A stretch of 64,000 nucleotides of DNA, from the NCBI GenBank assembly GCA_951406725.2, contig OX597815.1, forward strand, positions 36,456,001 to 36,520,000, given 5' to 3'. The notes beneath the pieces were generated by a model that worked only from the letters and a program-made list of their open reading frames with translations, was not told where the DNA came from and made no database searches. This document shows positions 1-13,293 of this stretch, piece by piece (position 1 is the stretch's first letter; every line of letters starts with the position of its first letter). This stretch comes from Octopus vulgaris (lineage: Eukaryota). The position numbers and the translations under genes are program-made.

Positions 1-609
1 GACAGAGGAATCTTTTATGAGTAGGTAAGTCTAAGCTGAATACAGAACAGTTACATAATTCCTTATCATCAATTAATTCCTTACTGTCAACTATCTAAAA
101 TGCTGGAATATTTTGGTGCTAGAGGAGAGAACACAAGTTCCCAAAGAGCTGAATATGTAAACAAGCTTCATTTTATAGTTGAAACTGGCTGTCTAATGCC
201 ATATGAACACAAGTGCACTCAACTCCCTTTCCTCATGCCATCCGTATTGTATCCCCTCCAACCCAGCACAAACCACTAATACCTATCCTTCTTCCCCATC
301 AGTCATCCAGAATGCTCTCCCCGACATTGCTTTTTTTCTCTCTGCAGTTGTTCAAGAAGAATACCAATTACATTGTTCATGCCAGCCTCAGAGGCTTGTG
401 AGGTCAAGGTCATTCCTTTCCTTCAGACCAAACCATTACAAAATAAATAGATACAAACCTTATTAAAGAGAGAAGTACGATCATGTTACAGAAAACTGGG
501 TCTACTGTTTCACTTCTACTATATTCCAAAGAATATATTATTGACACATTAGTAGTGTTCCGCTTTGTTGCTATAGAATAAATCTACAAATTTCAGCCAA
601 CCCATCATA

Positions 610-1035
610 CTCCTTTTACTCTCTTTTACTTGTTTCAGTCATTTGACTGTGGCCATGCTGGAGCACCGCCTTTAGTCGAGCAAATCAACCCCAGGACTTA
701 TTCTTTGGAAGCCTAGTACTTATTCTATCAGACTCTTTTGCCAGAACGCTAAGTTACAGGGACGTAAACACACTACCATCGGTTATCAAGCAATGTTGGG
801 AGGACAAACACAGACACACAAACATATACACACACATACATACATATATATATATATATATACACATATATACGACGGGCTCCTTTCAGTTTCCATCTAC
901 CAAGTCCACTCACAAGGCTTTGGTCAGCCCGAGGCTATAGTAGAAGATACTTGCCCAAGGTGCCATGCAGTGGGAATGAACCCGGAACCATGTGGTTGGT
1001 AAGCAAGCTACTTACCACACAGCCACTCCTGTGCC
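610..1035 (-). mobile_element. tRNA-derived SINE, family A (internal (TA)/(CA) tract, GTAAAAGA tail)
   Basis: Reverse complement of the copies at 8968-9375 and 52823-53225. Head GGC(A/G)CAGGAGTGGCTGTGTGGTAAG and B-box-like GGTTCA. Confidence 0.85.
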
Positions 1036-1127
1036 TATGCTTACCACACAGCCATTCTTGCATAAAACTATTTTTTTTTTTACAATGGATAGTCATAAAC
1101 AATTGAGTACTCATTCATAACTATTCA

Positions 1128-1185
1128 CAATTTGCCAAACTGCTAAGCACACAAGCATTGGTTGTCAAGCAATGGTAGGGGGAGA

Positions 1186-1217
<32 letters not shown>

Positions 1218-1372
1218 CGATGGGCTTCTTTCAGTTTCCATCTACCAAATCCACTGACTAGGTTTTGGTCAGCCCAAGGCTATAGTAGAAGACACTTGTC
1301 CAAGGTACCACACAATAGGCCTGAACCTGGGACCATGTGGTTGGTAAGCAATACACAGCCACTCCTGTGCCT
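1128..1372 (-). mobile_element. SINE family A, partial diverged copy
   Basis: Matches the 5' half of the adjacent copy at 610-1035. Confidence 0.75.
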
Positions 1373-1821
1373 ACAAAAAAATTCAAGTGTTTGGTATATC
1401 TATATATAATAATGAAATTATTGTATACAGTGCTCAGGTACACCACAACTCGTCAAAAGTGCGTATTTAATGATGTTTAATTTATACAAGCAGTTTTGAC
1501 TGAAATCTATAGATTTATTCTAGTACATTATAACAGAATAATGAAATACTGCTGACACCTCAGTAATTTATTAACTGAACCACCTTAAAAATGCTTTATT
1601 TATGCAGATTGATTTTTCTCATTAAGTGAAACCTTTAATAACTGTCTATTTAGATAAGATTTCTATTGGACAGTGATGGAAAGGTACTCAATTACTGAAG
1701 AAATCCCAATAAAGGATTGAAACTGATCCAGCAGATCCTTTTTTCTTGTCCACAGAATTTATTTATATAAAAAGACAGTTTTTGCAATGGCATACTGTAT
1801 TTAAGTTTAATTTACACACAA

Positions 1822-2199
1822 AGGTGCAAGCATGACTGTGTAGCATGGCACCTTGAGCAAGTTTCTTCTACTATAGCCCTGAGCTGACCAAAACCTTGTG
1901 AGTGGATTTGGTAGATGGAAGCTAAAAGAAGCCATCATGTGTGTGTGTGTGTGTGTGTGTGTGTATCTATGTGTATGAGTCTTTGTTTGTCCCCCACCAC
2001 TGCTTGACAACTAGTGTTGGTGTGTTTACATCCCCATCACTCAGTGGTCTAGTAAAAGAGACTGACAGACAAATACCAGACTTCAAAGATTAAAAAAAAA
2101 CACACTGGGGGTGGGGTCAATCCGTTTGACTAAAGGCCCTCAAGATAGTGCCCCAGCATGGCTGCAGTCTAATGACTGAAACAAGTAAAAGCTAAAAAG
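1822..2199 (+). mobile_element. SINE family A, old copy
   Basis: ggcaccttgagcaagt...gtgagtggatttggtagatggaa...atgactgaaacaagtaaaa, with CpG decay. Confidence 0.75.
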
Positions 2200-3774
2200 A
2201 TATATTCTAATTGTATTCTAATTAAGTTTAAATTTACAAGTGCTGTGCTAATTGAAATCTATAAATTTATCCTATAATAAATAATAGCAAAGAATGTAAT
2301 GAAGATATTAAAAATGAAAAATGTTAATTTCTCAACCAGAACGAAAGAGCCCTAGAACAAGTTAAGTGAAATAGTTCAACTAGGGATTGAAACTTTGCCA
2401 CAATCATAGTTGTCCAGGACTTGCTGCTATTTGGGACTGCAGATACCTTAATGAAAGCTTTATAATCCCCTTGAGCACGACATGCAGTCTGTCTATGATT
2501 TTCTACTTAAGAAGATTCCTATAAAGAAACTAGTATTTTAAATGCTGAGATTATACATCCTATATTTTAATGACCACAACAAGAAAAACTAAAATCCATA
2601 TTTCAAAGGTTGTGAAAATACTAATAAAATAACTTATTTAATTGCCTTTCTATAGATTCTTAAAATAATAAAAAAATTGGCTTAAACAAGTGATCAATGT
2701 TCAAGATAAAATGAAGAGAAATTTCATCCACCTGTGAAAAGTGTTACATTTGATCCAGAAAAGATATAGAAATATTAAAATGTGACAATTCAGCAACTGA
2801 GATTTGAGTTGAGGGTTATCAGGTTACTATTGAAACATTAAAATTGTTGTGTTTACTCCTTGTTCCACTAATTAAACATAAGAACATAATCACAACCACT
2901 TAACATCTCCTTGCTACTAAATTAATAATGCCTATGAAAATTCTAAAGTTCTGCAATTAATATATTACAATCCCACAATGTCTGCAGCATAAAATGTTCA
3001 TATGTATATGTGGATATGATGGAGAAAGAAGAGAGAAAGTATATGTATCTGAGTGAACATGTAGTGTCAGAGTTTATGAGAGAATTCCACAGACTTGTGG
3101 GAGTAACCCACCACCGCCGTCAGAGTAAGGCTTTAAGGGTACTACAATTATAAGTAAAAAAAAGAAAAGAAAACTGAATATCCAAGCTTTCATGAATTAG
3201 AGTCAAACGCCTGTGTGTATGTTTAATCAATCAGCAAAGTGTGTATTGAAAAATATCCCTGTTTGTAAGTTATAAATACAATAGACATGTGAATTAAAAT
3301 TCCCAGCTGCCACACCAAGGCTCAAAAAAAAGAAAAATAGGAAAAGCAACAATATCACAGTGTATAAAAATGTAATAATCTAGAGATGAATAGACACAAC
3401 TTAATTTGTGTGCATATTAAAAATAAAAAAATTTACATATTAAATTCCCACACCTGTGCACATTAAAACCATTTTCTTTTGTGTATAGAAAACCCACAGG
3501 TTCAGGTATAAAAATTCCACAAATGATAGATCTAAGAATAAACACCCCCACAAGTATGTGAATTACAATTCCACACTTGTATTCATTTTCAAGCCTCACA
3601 TTATTCTTATTAAATGCTTAAAAACCTGAAATAAGTCGTTAATAAAGAATCATTTTCCAGACCAATAATTTCATTTTTCTTTCTTTTTTTTTTTAATATT
3701 TACATCCACATTGCATTTCCGTTGGTTTGGTATCTGATTGTCATTAGACGTCTTATTCATGACTGTTTACATAA

Positions 3775-3995
3775 TCCCTGACTGGTTCAAAACAAGGAAC
3801 CTTTATTTCTAAACTAAGTGTAATAACATTCTTATCCACTAAAACATTGACCCACATCACTGCAGCAATTGCCAAGTGGATAAAAACATTATTTGGTCTT
3901 GCTTTAGAAGTGTACATGTGTCTATGACCTAGTGAATACGAATGTTCTCAGATTTAGTTTAGAAATAAATATTACTCGTTTGGATCAAGACTAGG
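3775..3995. repeat. Degenerate fold-back / MITE-like inverted repeat
   Basis: tttatttctaaactaa...aacattcttatccacta pairs with tagtgaatacgaatgtt...ttagtttagaaataaa. Confidence 0.5.
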
Positions 3996-4469
3996 ATATC
4001 TTATGACAACTGGGGATTAAACTGATTAAAATATTATTTGCACATTTAATGTCTGTTTTTCCATGATGGCATGGCTTAAATGGGAGATGTATTTGAGGCA
4101 GGATTTTTATGACTGAACGCTCTTCCTGTCACCAAACCTCATCAGCTTGTCAAGTAAGGGATTCTTATATTCCAGAGGAATTTGAGAGTGCAGAACTAGT
4201 GAATAATTCGTTGACAGGAAATGTCAATAACCATAAACAATTGCAGCCCAACCACAAACATTCATGTCACAAGTAGAATGTGAACATTTGCACAAATACA
4301 TGCATACACATATGACAAACCTCTTTCAGTTTCCATTTAGTAAAGAGCCTCACAAAGGACAAAGCATATGCATTTTGGTGTGTGTGAGAGAGAGAGAGAG
4401 AATTTTACAGATACAAGGGTATAAAATTCATCCTCACTACAATAATCCTTTAAGGATACTACAAGTATC

Positions 4470-4888
4470 TCATCATCATCATCATCGTTTAGCGTCCGCT
4501 TCCCATGCTAGCATGGGTTGGACGGTTCAACTGGTGTCTAGGAAGCCAGCAGGCTGCACCAGGCCCAGTCTGAACTGGCAATGTTTCTACGGCTGGATGC
4601 CTTTCCTAATGCCAACCACTCTGTGAGTGTAGTGGGTGCTTTTACGTGCCAGACGAGGGTGGCAAACGGCCACGATCGGATGGTGCTTTTTACATGCCAC
4701 TGGCACGGGGGCCAGGCGAGGCTGGCAATGGCCACAATTAGATGGTGCTTTTTATGTGCCACCAGCATGGGGCCAGTCAGGGCGGCGCTGGCAACGGCCA
4801 CATTCGGATGGTTCTCTTACGTACCACCGGCACTGGTATCACAGCTGCAATTTCCATTGATGTTGATCGATTTTGATTTTGATTTTCA
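4470..4888 (-). mobile_element. SINE-like family D ((GAT)n tail, internal ~60-bp repeats)
   Basis: catcatcatcgtttagcgtccgct...ggatgcc(t/c)ttcctaatgccaaccact, followed by ggtgcttttta repeats. The same element recurs at 18790, 28473, 36497, 49370 and 51082. Confidence 0.8.
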
Positions 4889-4891
4889 TTA

Positions 4892-5238
4892 TCTTTCTAT
4901 ATATAAACGGCAAAATATCTGTGTGCGTGTCCTTTATACAAATCCACAATTTTTCAGTTAGAGGGCTCGCACTTTCTATGGTCATTCAAAACCGTCCATG
5001 GGTGGTTGTGCACATCTTTACATTTCCCCCAGTCACCCTGCAAAGCCATTAAAAAAATCAATAGAAGTGACTTTTTTGTGAATCAAAATGCCCGAAACTT
5101 GATACACCAATTGAATGCCAGCTAGCTGTATGTGATAGGTCGGAGATTTAGACAGTACTCACGTGTATGTGCGCATGCAGGCAGCTGTATATGCATGCAC
5201 TAGCATTATGACCCGGCAATGCCATGTCATAGTGCTAG
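4892..5238 (+). mobile_element. Non-autonomous Helitron-like element
   Basis: 5' A|TC..TATATATAAACGGCA, the same head as at 21235. 3' GACCCGGCAATGCCATGTC hairpin, then CTAG|T. Confidence 0.7.
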
Positions 5239-5512
5239 TGATTAATGAATATCTCAACTTTCATGTATTAGAGTCAAATTGGCTGTGTGTATGTTTAAAC
5301 AATCAGCAAAGTGTGTATTTGTATTGTAAAATTTCCCACTTTGTAAGATATATACAATAGCCATGTGAATTAAAACTCCCACCTTTTACTGATAGTATAG
5401 ATGTAAATATTGTGAAAAAGTTTGTTCCTAAAGATGAAGTTAACAGATGGAAAAACTAATTATCACATTTTATAGATGCTTACACAAAAATGGAAAATAA
5501 TTGAACACTTAC

Positions 5513-5584
5513 CTGAAAATAAATTTAATCCTTTAATAAATGTAATAAAAATGGGTAAAGTAAAAATCAATTAGTCCAGAAAGC
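5513..5584 (-). other. Candidate 72-nt non-coding exon or recursive splice site of a minus-strand host gene
   Basis: Minus strand: tttcttttcAG|GCTTTC...TTATTTTCAG|GTAAGTG. Stops occur in all three frames. Confidence 0.4.
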
Positions 5585-6046
5585 CTGAAAAGAAACAATA
5601 TAGGGAAACATTTTTAAAAGCATATTAAAATATAAGAACAATAAGTTTTATGAAGTGAACAGACAAAAAAAAATTGAGTTTTACTTCTTGAATAAATAGG
5701 AAAATATTTTTTCTGTTCACATAAAGAAAATATAAAAAACAAAAAAGCCTGTTTCAGAGAACAAATTTTTTTAAAGTTAATTAGTTCATAACCATATATA
5801 TACTTAAAATATTTGTTTAAATACTACACAGTTATTATTATAGTGCCACTACAAAAACAATATAACAATGAACGATATTTTGCTGTTGCTTGGCCATAGG
5901 TCAGCTTTGGTAGAGCAGACCTATGATCAAAGGCTTTCCATAACCACATGTTTTAAAGATAAGTAAGGAGTAACTTGTGAGAGATTTGGCTGCTGTTGTA
6001 GAATGTATGATCTTGGAAAAAACATTTATAGAAGTGTCTTTTTTCA

Positions 6047-6486
6047 CCTTTTAGTGTTCAGATTAATTTGCCAAATGCAACGCTTATGTATTCGCATTGT
6101 TTTGAATTAATCATGCATTATCTCATAGCTTTGTAATTTTGATTGTGTGACTTTATTTTCAGAATTACATTGTAGGGTAGGTGCAAGATGCCAGATCTGG
6201 CCAATTTGAACATAAAACAGGTAGAATATTTGGGCCTGATATGACCATTTTAAATGCTAAAGGGTTAATGAAGAAGACTTAATTTGTCAACTGTAATGTT
6301 TATTTATTCACATTGTTTTGAATTAATTATGCATTACCTTGTAGTGTCAAGATTTTGATGATGTAATTGTTTATTTTTAGAATTATATTGTAGGGTAAGT
6401 ATGAGATGTCAAATTAGGACAGTTTGAACATAAAACAGGTAGAATATTCAAGTTGGATATGGCTAGTTTAGATGCTAAAGTGTTAA
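6047..6486. mobile_element. Two tandem piggyBac-type MITEs
   Basis: Both end in ATGCTAAAG(G/T)GTTAA, i.e. TIR CCCTTTAGCATT plus TTAA. The same body occurs at 45118-45335 and 52702-53320. Confidence 0.65.
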
Positions 6487-6702
6487 AGTGCTTACCTAAG
6501 GAAAACATGAATCAAACACACCTTGAATTAAAGACTGCCAAGAAAGAACAAAATATGAAATCCTAATGTTAGAGATTCTATAATATGCTGTAAAGCATTT
6601 TTATGGAATAAATTTTCCGTTACAGAAACAAGTGATTTCAAGAGGAACTGTATATCAGGGATTTAATTGTCACACATATGATGTGTATGTCTTGGAACTG
6701 GG

Positions 6703-6975
6703 ATACTGGCTAGCAGATTCACCTGATTGATAGGTTATCAGGTGGCTGTCTGGCTTCCTGAAGTTAGTGTTGCAGATTAAAAGGTTACATGCATCACAGA
6801 ACTCCAGTAGCCTAGTTCCCTCATCATTTTGGAAACCAATACCATGGACCCCATGTACACCTGTGAAGATACTGGATTGCCGCCCAACATGCCCATTAAA
6901 ACCTCCAGCCGCAAAGATGAGGTCATTGCCACTTGTCTTTGAAGTAGCCTGTAGAAGGGTATCAGAATACCCAAA
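6703..6975 (-). pseudogene. RTE-clade LINE AP-endonuclease fragment
   Basis: GGFNGHVG...HG.G..N.EG.RLLEFC...L.ICNT.F.K...HLITY.SG motifs are typical of RTE APE domains. Confidence 0.85.
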
Positions 6976-7506
6976 TCCAAAACAAAACACTGTACCTATA
7001 GAAGTCACACAGAACTCCACTTAGCTGTGCAGTGAACGTACAATGAAAATAAAACTGCTGAAAATTTAAAAAAAATAATAATAATCATATTCAATAAGCA
7101 CAAAATGAATAATGGTATGTGCTACTTAAAGACCAAAAAACAAAACAAAAAAACAAAAAAAAAGTCTCCCTGGCACAGGCAGACAGATACATTAATAGAT
7201 ATAGATATATAGCATGGCTTTATTTTTCCAATAAAGGAGGCAACATGGAGGAAAGGAGGAATAGGTATGTAGATAATTGTTATGCAGAGAAGGGTCATAT
7301 TGAAATAGGGATGAAAGAGCTATGTAAGAGAGGGAGGGGGTAGAGAAGAAAGCGTGGATGATTTAGTGTAGTTGACTGTTTATCTATGACAGCTACACTT
7401 GACATAGAAAACATATCAGTGATGTAACCTGTAACCAGTTTTTGTGTCAACTGATACACACATACACGCGCGCACGCAATATATATATATATATATATAG
7501 ATATAT

Positions 7507-7662
7507 ACCGGAGTAAAAACATAAATGTGAAACAAGGTGGAAAAAAGAGTACTCAAATACCAGGAGTAGAGTAATATGCTTTATTTAAAAGCAGCAGAAA
7601 TTCAACAAAACCTGTGAGTAACAGGTTGTTGAATTTCTGCTGCTTTTAAATAAAGCATATTA
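7507..7662. mobile_element. Short putative Penelope-type terminal fragment with ~43-bp-arm fold-back, between (TA)n tracts
   Basis: Inverted repeat 7572-7615 / 7621-7662 around loop GAGTA, with TA microsatellite on both sides. Confidence 0.55.
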
Positions 7663-8967
7663 TATATATATATATATATATATGGCATGTGAAGTAAAGA
7701 GGTTCTGATATTTCCAAGATGCAATGAAACAAATTAGAAATAATGTTTGTATACAAATGCTGTCCGGATGCATAAAAAAAAAAAATAATCAGAAAATATA
7801 AAAAGGTAGCAGCAACATATTTTTTTAAAAGAATGCTGAGATGTCCAAAGACCAGTTTTGCCTATTTTTTAAACCAGCAGAAGACTGAGTCAAAAAAGCC
7901 AATGTGCAGTTGCTTGAACTGCTAGGAATAGCAGCCAAATCTTTAAATTACACCTCAGTTTCAAATTGAGAAGAAAACACTGGATAATGCACTCCTAGAT
8001 GTAATATGCCTGGCATGAAAGTGGGATTATTAGGCCTGAACAATCAGGGCTGAGCTAGGACTAAACAAAGACCAGTATAAGATTGATCAGATGAAAATAG
8101 GAGCCAAATGCCCCTTAAATTACACAATACAACTAAAAAGAAAAAAAGAAAATACAAATCTGATAAAAAGAAAATTAAAAAGACCAGATAGTCACCATGA
8201 GAATGTCTTTGATGGTAGGTCTGCTTGATTGGTTGATCAAAGATTAAACAATAAAGCATATTAGGAAATTAACTGACTGAGGATTATCAACAATAATAAC
8301 TTTATCTGTGAGAAAAAGTGGCCATTGATGAAGCGATGGAGAGTTGAACTGCTAATGAAAATTTAATCACTTCAACCTCAATGTATGTACCTCACAATCA
8401 TGTCTTGTTGCATCTTAAACATTCCGATAAAACATTATTTCTTTATTTTGTTGTATCTTAGGAAGGTCACAATGTCAATAAAACACACACACACACACTG
8501 ATTTTGTTTCACTTCTTTTATTATCATTAGTCAATCAATCAATGTTTAAACAAATGATTGTTTAATTAACCATTTGGCCAATCAGTCAACTAGGTTTGTC
8601 AAAGTCATTTCATTGCCATTTGTAACCAACCTCTTTTGCCTTACTTTTTAAGATCAAGTAATGTGTGTGTGTATGTGTGGGGAGTTTGTATAAGTAGTTT
8701 AGAGACTTTGATACAATTAATTGTAAAATGAGATGAAAAACTAGGTTTACAAGTGCATGTCATATTGTAGTCTGTTGTCAAAATGATTCTTCCAAGATGC
8801 AATAATCATACACAAGTGACAAGTAGATTTTAAGATTAATAAATAGACAGACTACAGAGTTGCACTTGATTTTCTACATTGTGTAGAATGAAAAGAGATA
8901 GCTTAAGAACTTACAAGTGTATGATCATAATGCAAACACGTTAAAATTATATTTTTATATACACACA

Positions 8968-9375
8968 GGCGCAGGAGTGGCTGTGTGGTAAGTAGCTTGT
9001 TTACCAACCACATGGTTCCGGGTTCAGTCCCACTGCATAGCACCTTGGGCAAGTGTCTTCTGCTATAGCCCCGGGCCGACTAAAGCCTTGTGAGTGGATT
9101 TGGTAGACGGAAACTGAAAGAAGCCCGTCGTATATATATATATATATATTTGTGTGTGTGTTTGTGTGTTTGTCCCCCTAGCATTGCTTGACAACCGATG
9201 CTGGTGTATTTATGTCCCCGTTACTTAGCGGTTCGGCAAAAGAGATCAATAGAATAAGTACTGGGCTTACAAAGAATAAGTCCCGGGGTCGAGTTGCTTG
9301 ATTAAAGGCGGTGCTCCAGCATGGCCGCAGTCAAATGACTGAAACAAGTAAAAGAGTAAAAGAGAGTAAAGAGTA
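8968..9375 (+). mobile_element. SINE family A, full length
   Basis: tRNA-like head, central TA/TG tract and (GTAAAAGA)n tail. Possible TSD tatacaca. Confidence 0.9.
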
Positions 9376-9467
9376 TACACATTACATATTGTGTATAAAA
9401 AGTCATAAATACATATATCATCTGGGCAATAACCTTATAATGTGCATTTCAAAGCCTGTTCAATCCA

Positions 9468-9529
<62 letters not shown>

Positions 9530-9567
9530 TCATCATCATCATCACCATCATTTAACGTCCGTTATAT

Positions 9568-9598
<31 letters not shown>

Positions 9599-9600
9599 TG

Positions 9601-9713
9601 GCTTACAGCCATATCACATTGAAAGCACTGGTTATCATACGATCGCCGAAGTTAAGTAACATCGAGACTAGTTAGTACTTAGATGGGTGACTGCTTGAGA
9701 AACCTAGGTGCTT
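9601..9713 (+). pseudogene. 5S rRNA pseudogene, nearly full length
   Basis: gcttacagccatatcacattgaaagcactggtt...cgatcgccgaagttaag...gttagtacttagatgggtgactgc follows the metazoan 5S consensus with CpG-type substitutions. Confidence 0.85.
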
Positions 9714-9870
9714 ACACTCATGGAGTGGTTGGCGTTAGGAAGGGCATCCAGCTGTAGAAACACTGCCAGATCAGACTGGAGCCTGGTGCAGCCTCCTGGC
9801 TTCCCAGACCCTGATAGAACCGTCCAATCCATGCTTGCATGGAAAACGGATGTTAAATGATGATGATGAT
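9713..9870 (+). mobile_element. 3' part of SINE family D fused directly to the 5S copy
   Basis: acactcatggagtggttggcgttaggaagggcatccagc...gttaaatgatgatgatgat. Confidence 0.8.
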
Positions 9871-9872
9871 AT

Positions 9873-9915
<43 letters not shown>

Positions 9916-11294
9916 TGAATGATAAATTGATAAATATCTGCTTATATCATTTATAACTACGTTTTACTATTGTTGTTGTTTGGAGATAATCTACATGGAA
10001 CATCAAATTCAACAATAGCAATCCCGTATATATTTGTATACACAAGATATATATATATATTACTTAAAAACAAAAAAATTAAACTAATTTCTAGTTAACT
10101 AGAGATGCATGCAAGCTATTTATTCCTTTTCAAGATCATCAACATACACACACATGTACAAGAATTTTATAATAGGGAAACAATTTCTGCTGTATACCAA
10201 ATATATAGGTATTTAACTTTGTGGACTTTAAACTGAGAGAAAACATTTTCAATGAGATTCTTGTTATCACAACTATTTGAACAATTGCCCTTGAAGTGTT
10301 TTCAGTATTTGAAATGTCACAACAGAGGGCAAGAGTAAGCAAAACAGCTCAAATAGTTTTGTCATTTTTGCCTTTTTGATTACTCCTTCAGTGTGCCTTT
10401 ACAATGATTTACAACCCTGGGTTTGTATAATACAGTAATATAGAAGGCCCAATAGCTTCTCAGTCGAATGATTAACAAGTGCAGGAACGAACTCAGTAGT
10501 GAATTATCTCAATTATGAAGCTACTATAGATAAGTAAATTGATGGTGAATACTAAAAATAGTATGATATAATTTGCGTGTGCCCCTCACCCCAGAACAAT
10601 CCTGATCAAGCAAGCTTGTGACCTACAACATTCCAACTTTTCTTGAGGCATATTGTATCTGGGACTACATTATTCAATGAGTCCTTTCTTTATTGAAACA
10701 GTGGCATGTGATTAGGGAGAAATTTAGCAGCTATTTGTGACAAGTCAAGAGACCACATGGACCTAAATAAGTGAAAAAAAAGTCAACAGTAAATAACTAA
10801 CTGATGATTTGGATCTGGAAAGTTTACAAAACTTTCAGGTTAGGTAGCAAAATATATTTGATTAATTGTTTTATTACTTTAACCCTTTTAATACTAATCC
10901 ACTTAAGCCCACCCCTTGTTGGTTCTATAGTAGAATTTTTCTTGTTTAAAGTGAGCTAGATTAAAAACATTCCATCAAGATTTCATGGAATAGCAAAGTT
11001 ATTTTATTAAACTCTTCATTATTTTCAGAATTAACTGAAATATTTCAACATATATATGGTAACAAGATGGTCAAAGTGTCTGAATAATGATAATCAATGG
11101 CTTGGTAATTAGAACAAATGCATAACATATCAACAGTAAAGTACTGTATCAACTTTCATTGTAATTCAATAGTGAAGGGCAACAACATTCTCTTCGTTGT
11201 GGCAAACCAAACAGGAACACTAATTCCTGCCTATCCTTGTTTTCCAACCAGCTTTTCAGACATACAAGACAAACATGAATAAGTTGGCTGTTAA

Positions 11295-11540
11295 AAGGAT
11301 ATAGCTCTCCTCTGATTGTATTCAGGACAAGAAGATATAACTCTAACTGACATTATTCAGAAAGTTGTGGTGGAACTCTACTCTGTTGGTATTCAAGGAC
11401 AACGAGATATATCTTTACTCTGATAGTATTCAAGGACAATGTGATACAGCTTTACTGTAACAGGATTCAAAGACAATGTATGAGACAGTACTGCTCCTAC
11501 AGTATTTATGACAATGTGATACAGCTCTACTCTATTCAAA
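11295..11540. repeat. Degenerate ~40-bp minisatellite
   Basis: Recurring ttcaaggacaa(t/c)g(t/a)gata(c/t)agct(c/t)tact units. Confidence 0.6.
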
Positions 11541-13293
11541 TTTCATCGTCACAACTGTATCGCACCTTCCACAGCACGCAGTGAACACTGAAAGCCAATC
11601 CTTTTCCCTCAGAAATACCACTCAAGGTAATTCCATTCCAGCTCGTATATTTTTTGCAGACTTTGACTAACAGCTGCTTAAAGTGGCCATCAAGTATTTT
11701 AATATCTCTGCTGTAGAAAGGGCTTGTAGAGACCCAACCTCCCCTGAGTAACTATAAAAAAAAGATAAATAAATAAGAGTTTTCTTTTATAACTTTATTC
11801 ATGTCTAGGATGCCTTATAAGGATATATGTCAACTTCCACTCACTACAAGTGGACTTGTATATTATTGACACCAGAAAAATGAAAGGTAAAGTTGACTGC
11901 AGAGGGATCTGAACTCGGTATTTAAAGAGATGTAATTAAATATCACAGGTATTTTGTCTGACACTACTCTAATTCTGCCAATCCACTGCCCTAAATCATT
12001 CTCAGAATTCTCATAAAATTTCCATCTCAATATTATAAAAACACCAAAATCGCATATCAACCACTCCATCAGCAACTCATGTTCTCTCTTCGCTTACCAA
12101 ATATCCAACCAAGATTTGGATACTTTCTTGTCTAAACTCAGTCAAGAAACAGAGAAAACAAAAAATGTGCAGAACAGCAGTTGTTGTTAAACTATTTAAA
12201 AAAATCTTGCTGATCCCTTTAAAATATCTGTGGTGTCCATGTTATTCATCTGTTACTTGGCACACATCCTTTCCTACATCATCAAACTGTTCTAAGACAC
12301 AGAAACTATATTAAGTGCTTTTATTCTGAACTCAATGAGTCATGTTTGCCTCCTTATCTAGTACTGACAAAACCATTATTCACTTTTACCTCCTTCCTTC
12401 TACAGTCAACAAAACCCACAAGAAAAATTATGAAAGAATTTTATCTTTTTATAACTAGAAGACTCTGAAAATTCTATTATTTATTTAAAACCTTAGAAAT
12501 TATTTTTTTCTCTCTATATCTTTCCAGACTAAAAAGAAACATTTCTTTAGTTTTAAAAGGATTGGTATCTTAGAGAGCTTGTAATAAATCATGGTAATTT
12601 GACATCACCAAAGGCCACTTCCTTAGACCAGAAGGTTATTCGTTTTTTAAGAGGAGTGTTCCATTCTTGTATGTAGTTTATAAAAGCATACCATTTTCTA
12701 CGTTGAAAAATATTAAAGATGTCTAACAATCTAAAAATAAATGAATAAAAAATGCTGATGCAGATAGTGGCAATGGCAGTGAAAACAAAGTGATAATAAT
12801 GATGGCATAGGTCAGTCGGCAGCGCATCAGTTTCATGTACATGGTGATAATAATGACTCATGACAGCTTAGAGCGGAAGACTATAGTGGTAAATATGCTG
12901 ATACTGAGACTGCGGAGTGAAGAACAAGATGCAAAGTGAAAGTCTTAGGTTTAAAATACAAGCTCTACTTTATTCCTTATTGTATCCATATATACATTAT
13001 TTAGATGTAAGTGGAGAAGAAATTAAAGAAAATGAAGTTCAACAAACCAAAACATTCAGCTATCTATTACCACCACTACTACCATCATCATCAGTTCTGG
13101 CATTGAGCATGTGACAACCTATTAATAGCCAATACAGAGACCCCGTTAAAAACTCCCTGTAGATAACAGATGTCCAAACATTGTGTTAACAGAGCAATAT
13201 GTTTGGAGTACAATGCCATTGAGCTACACTTAAACTAATGACTATCTGCCTTCATATATATATATATATAATTATTATTATTATTATTATTAT

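Noticed and set aside
20-32. Plus-strand donor-like AG|GTAAGT
   Set aside because: It is at the window edge, so no upstream exon can be assessed.
12589-12730. Minus-strand acceptor followed by 46 open codons (LLDIFNIFQRRKW...), or a short exon ending ATG|GTATGC
   Set aside because: No recognisable protein similarity and no partner exons. It cannot be distinguished from chance without RNA data.
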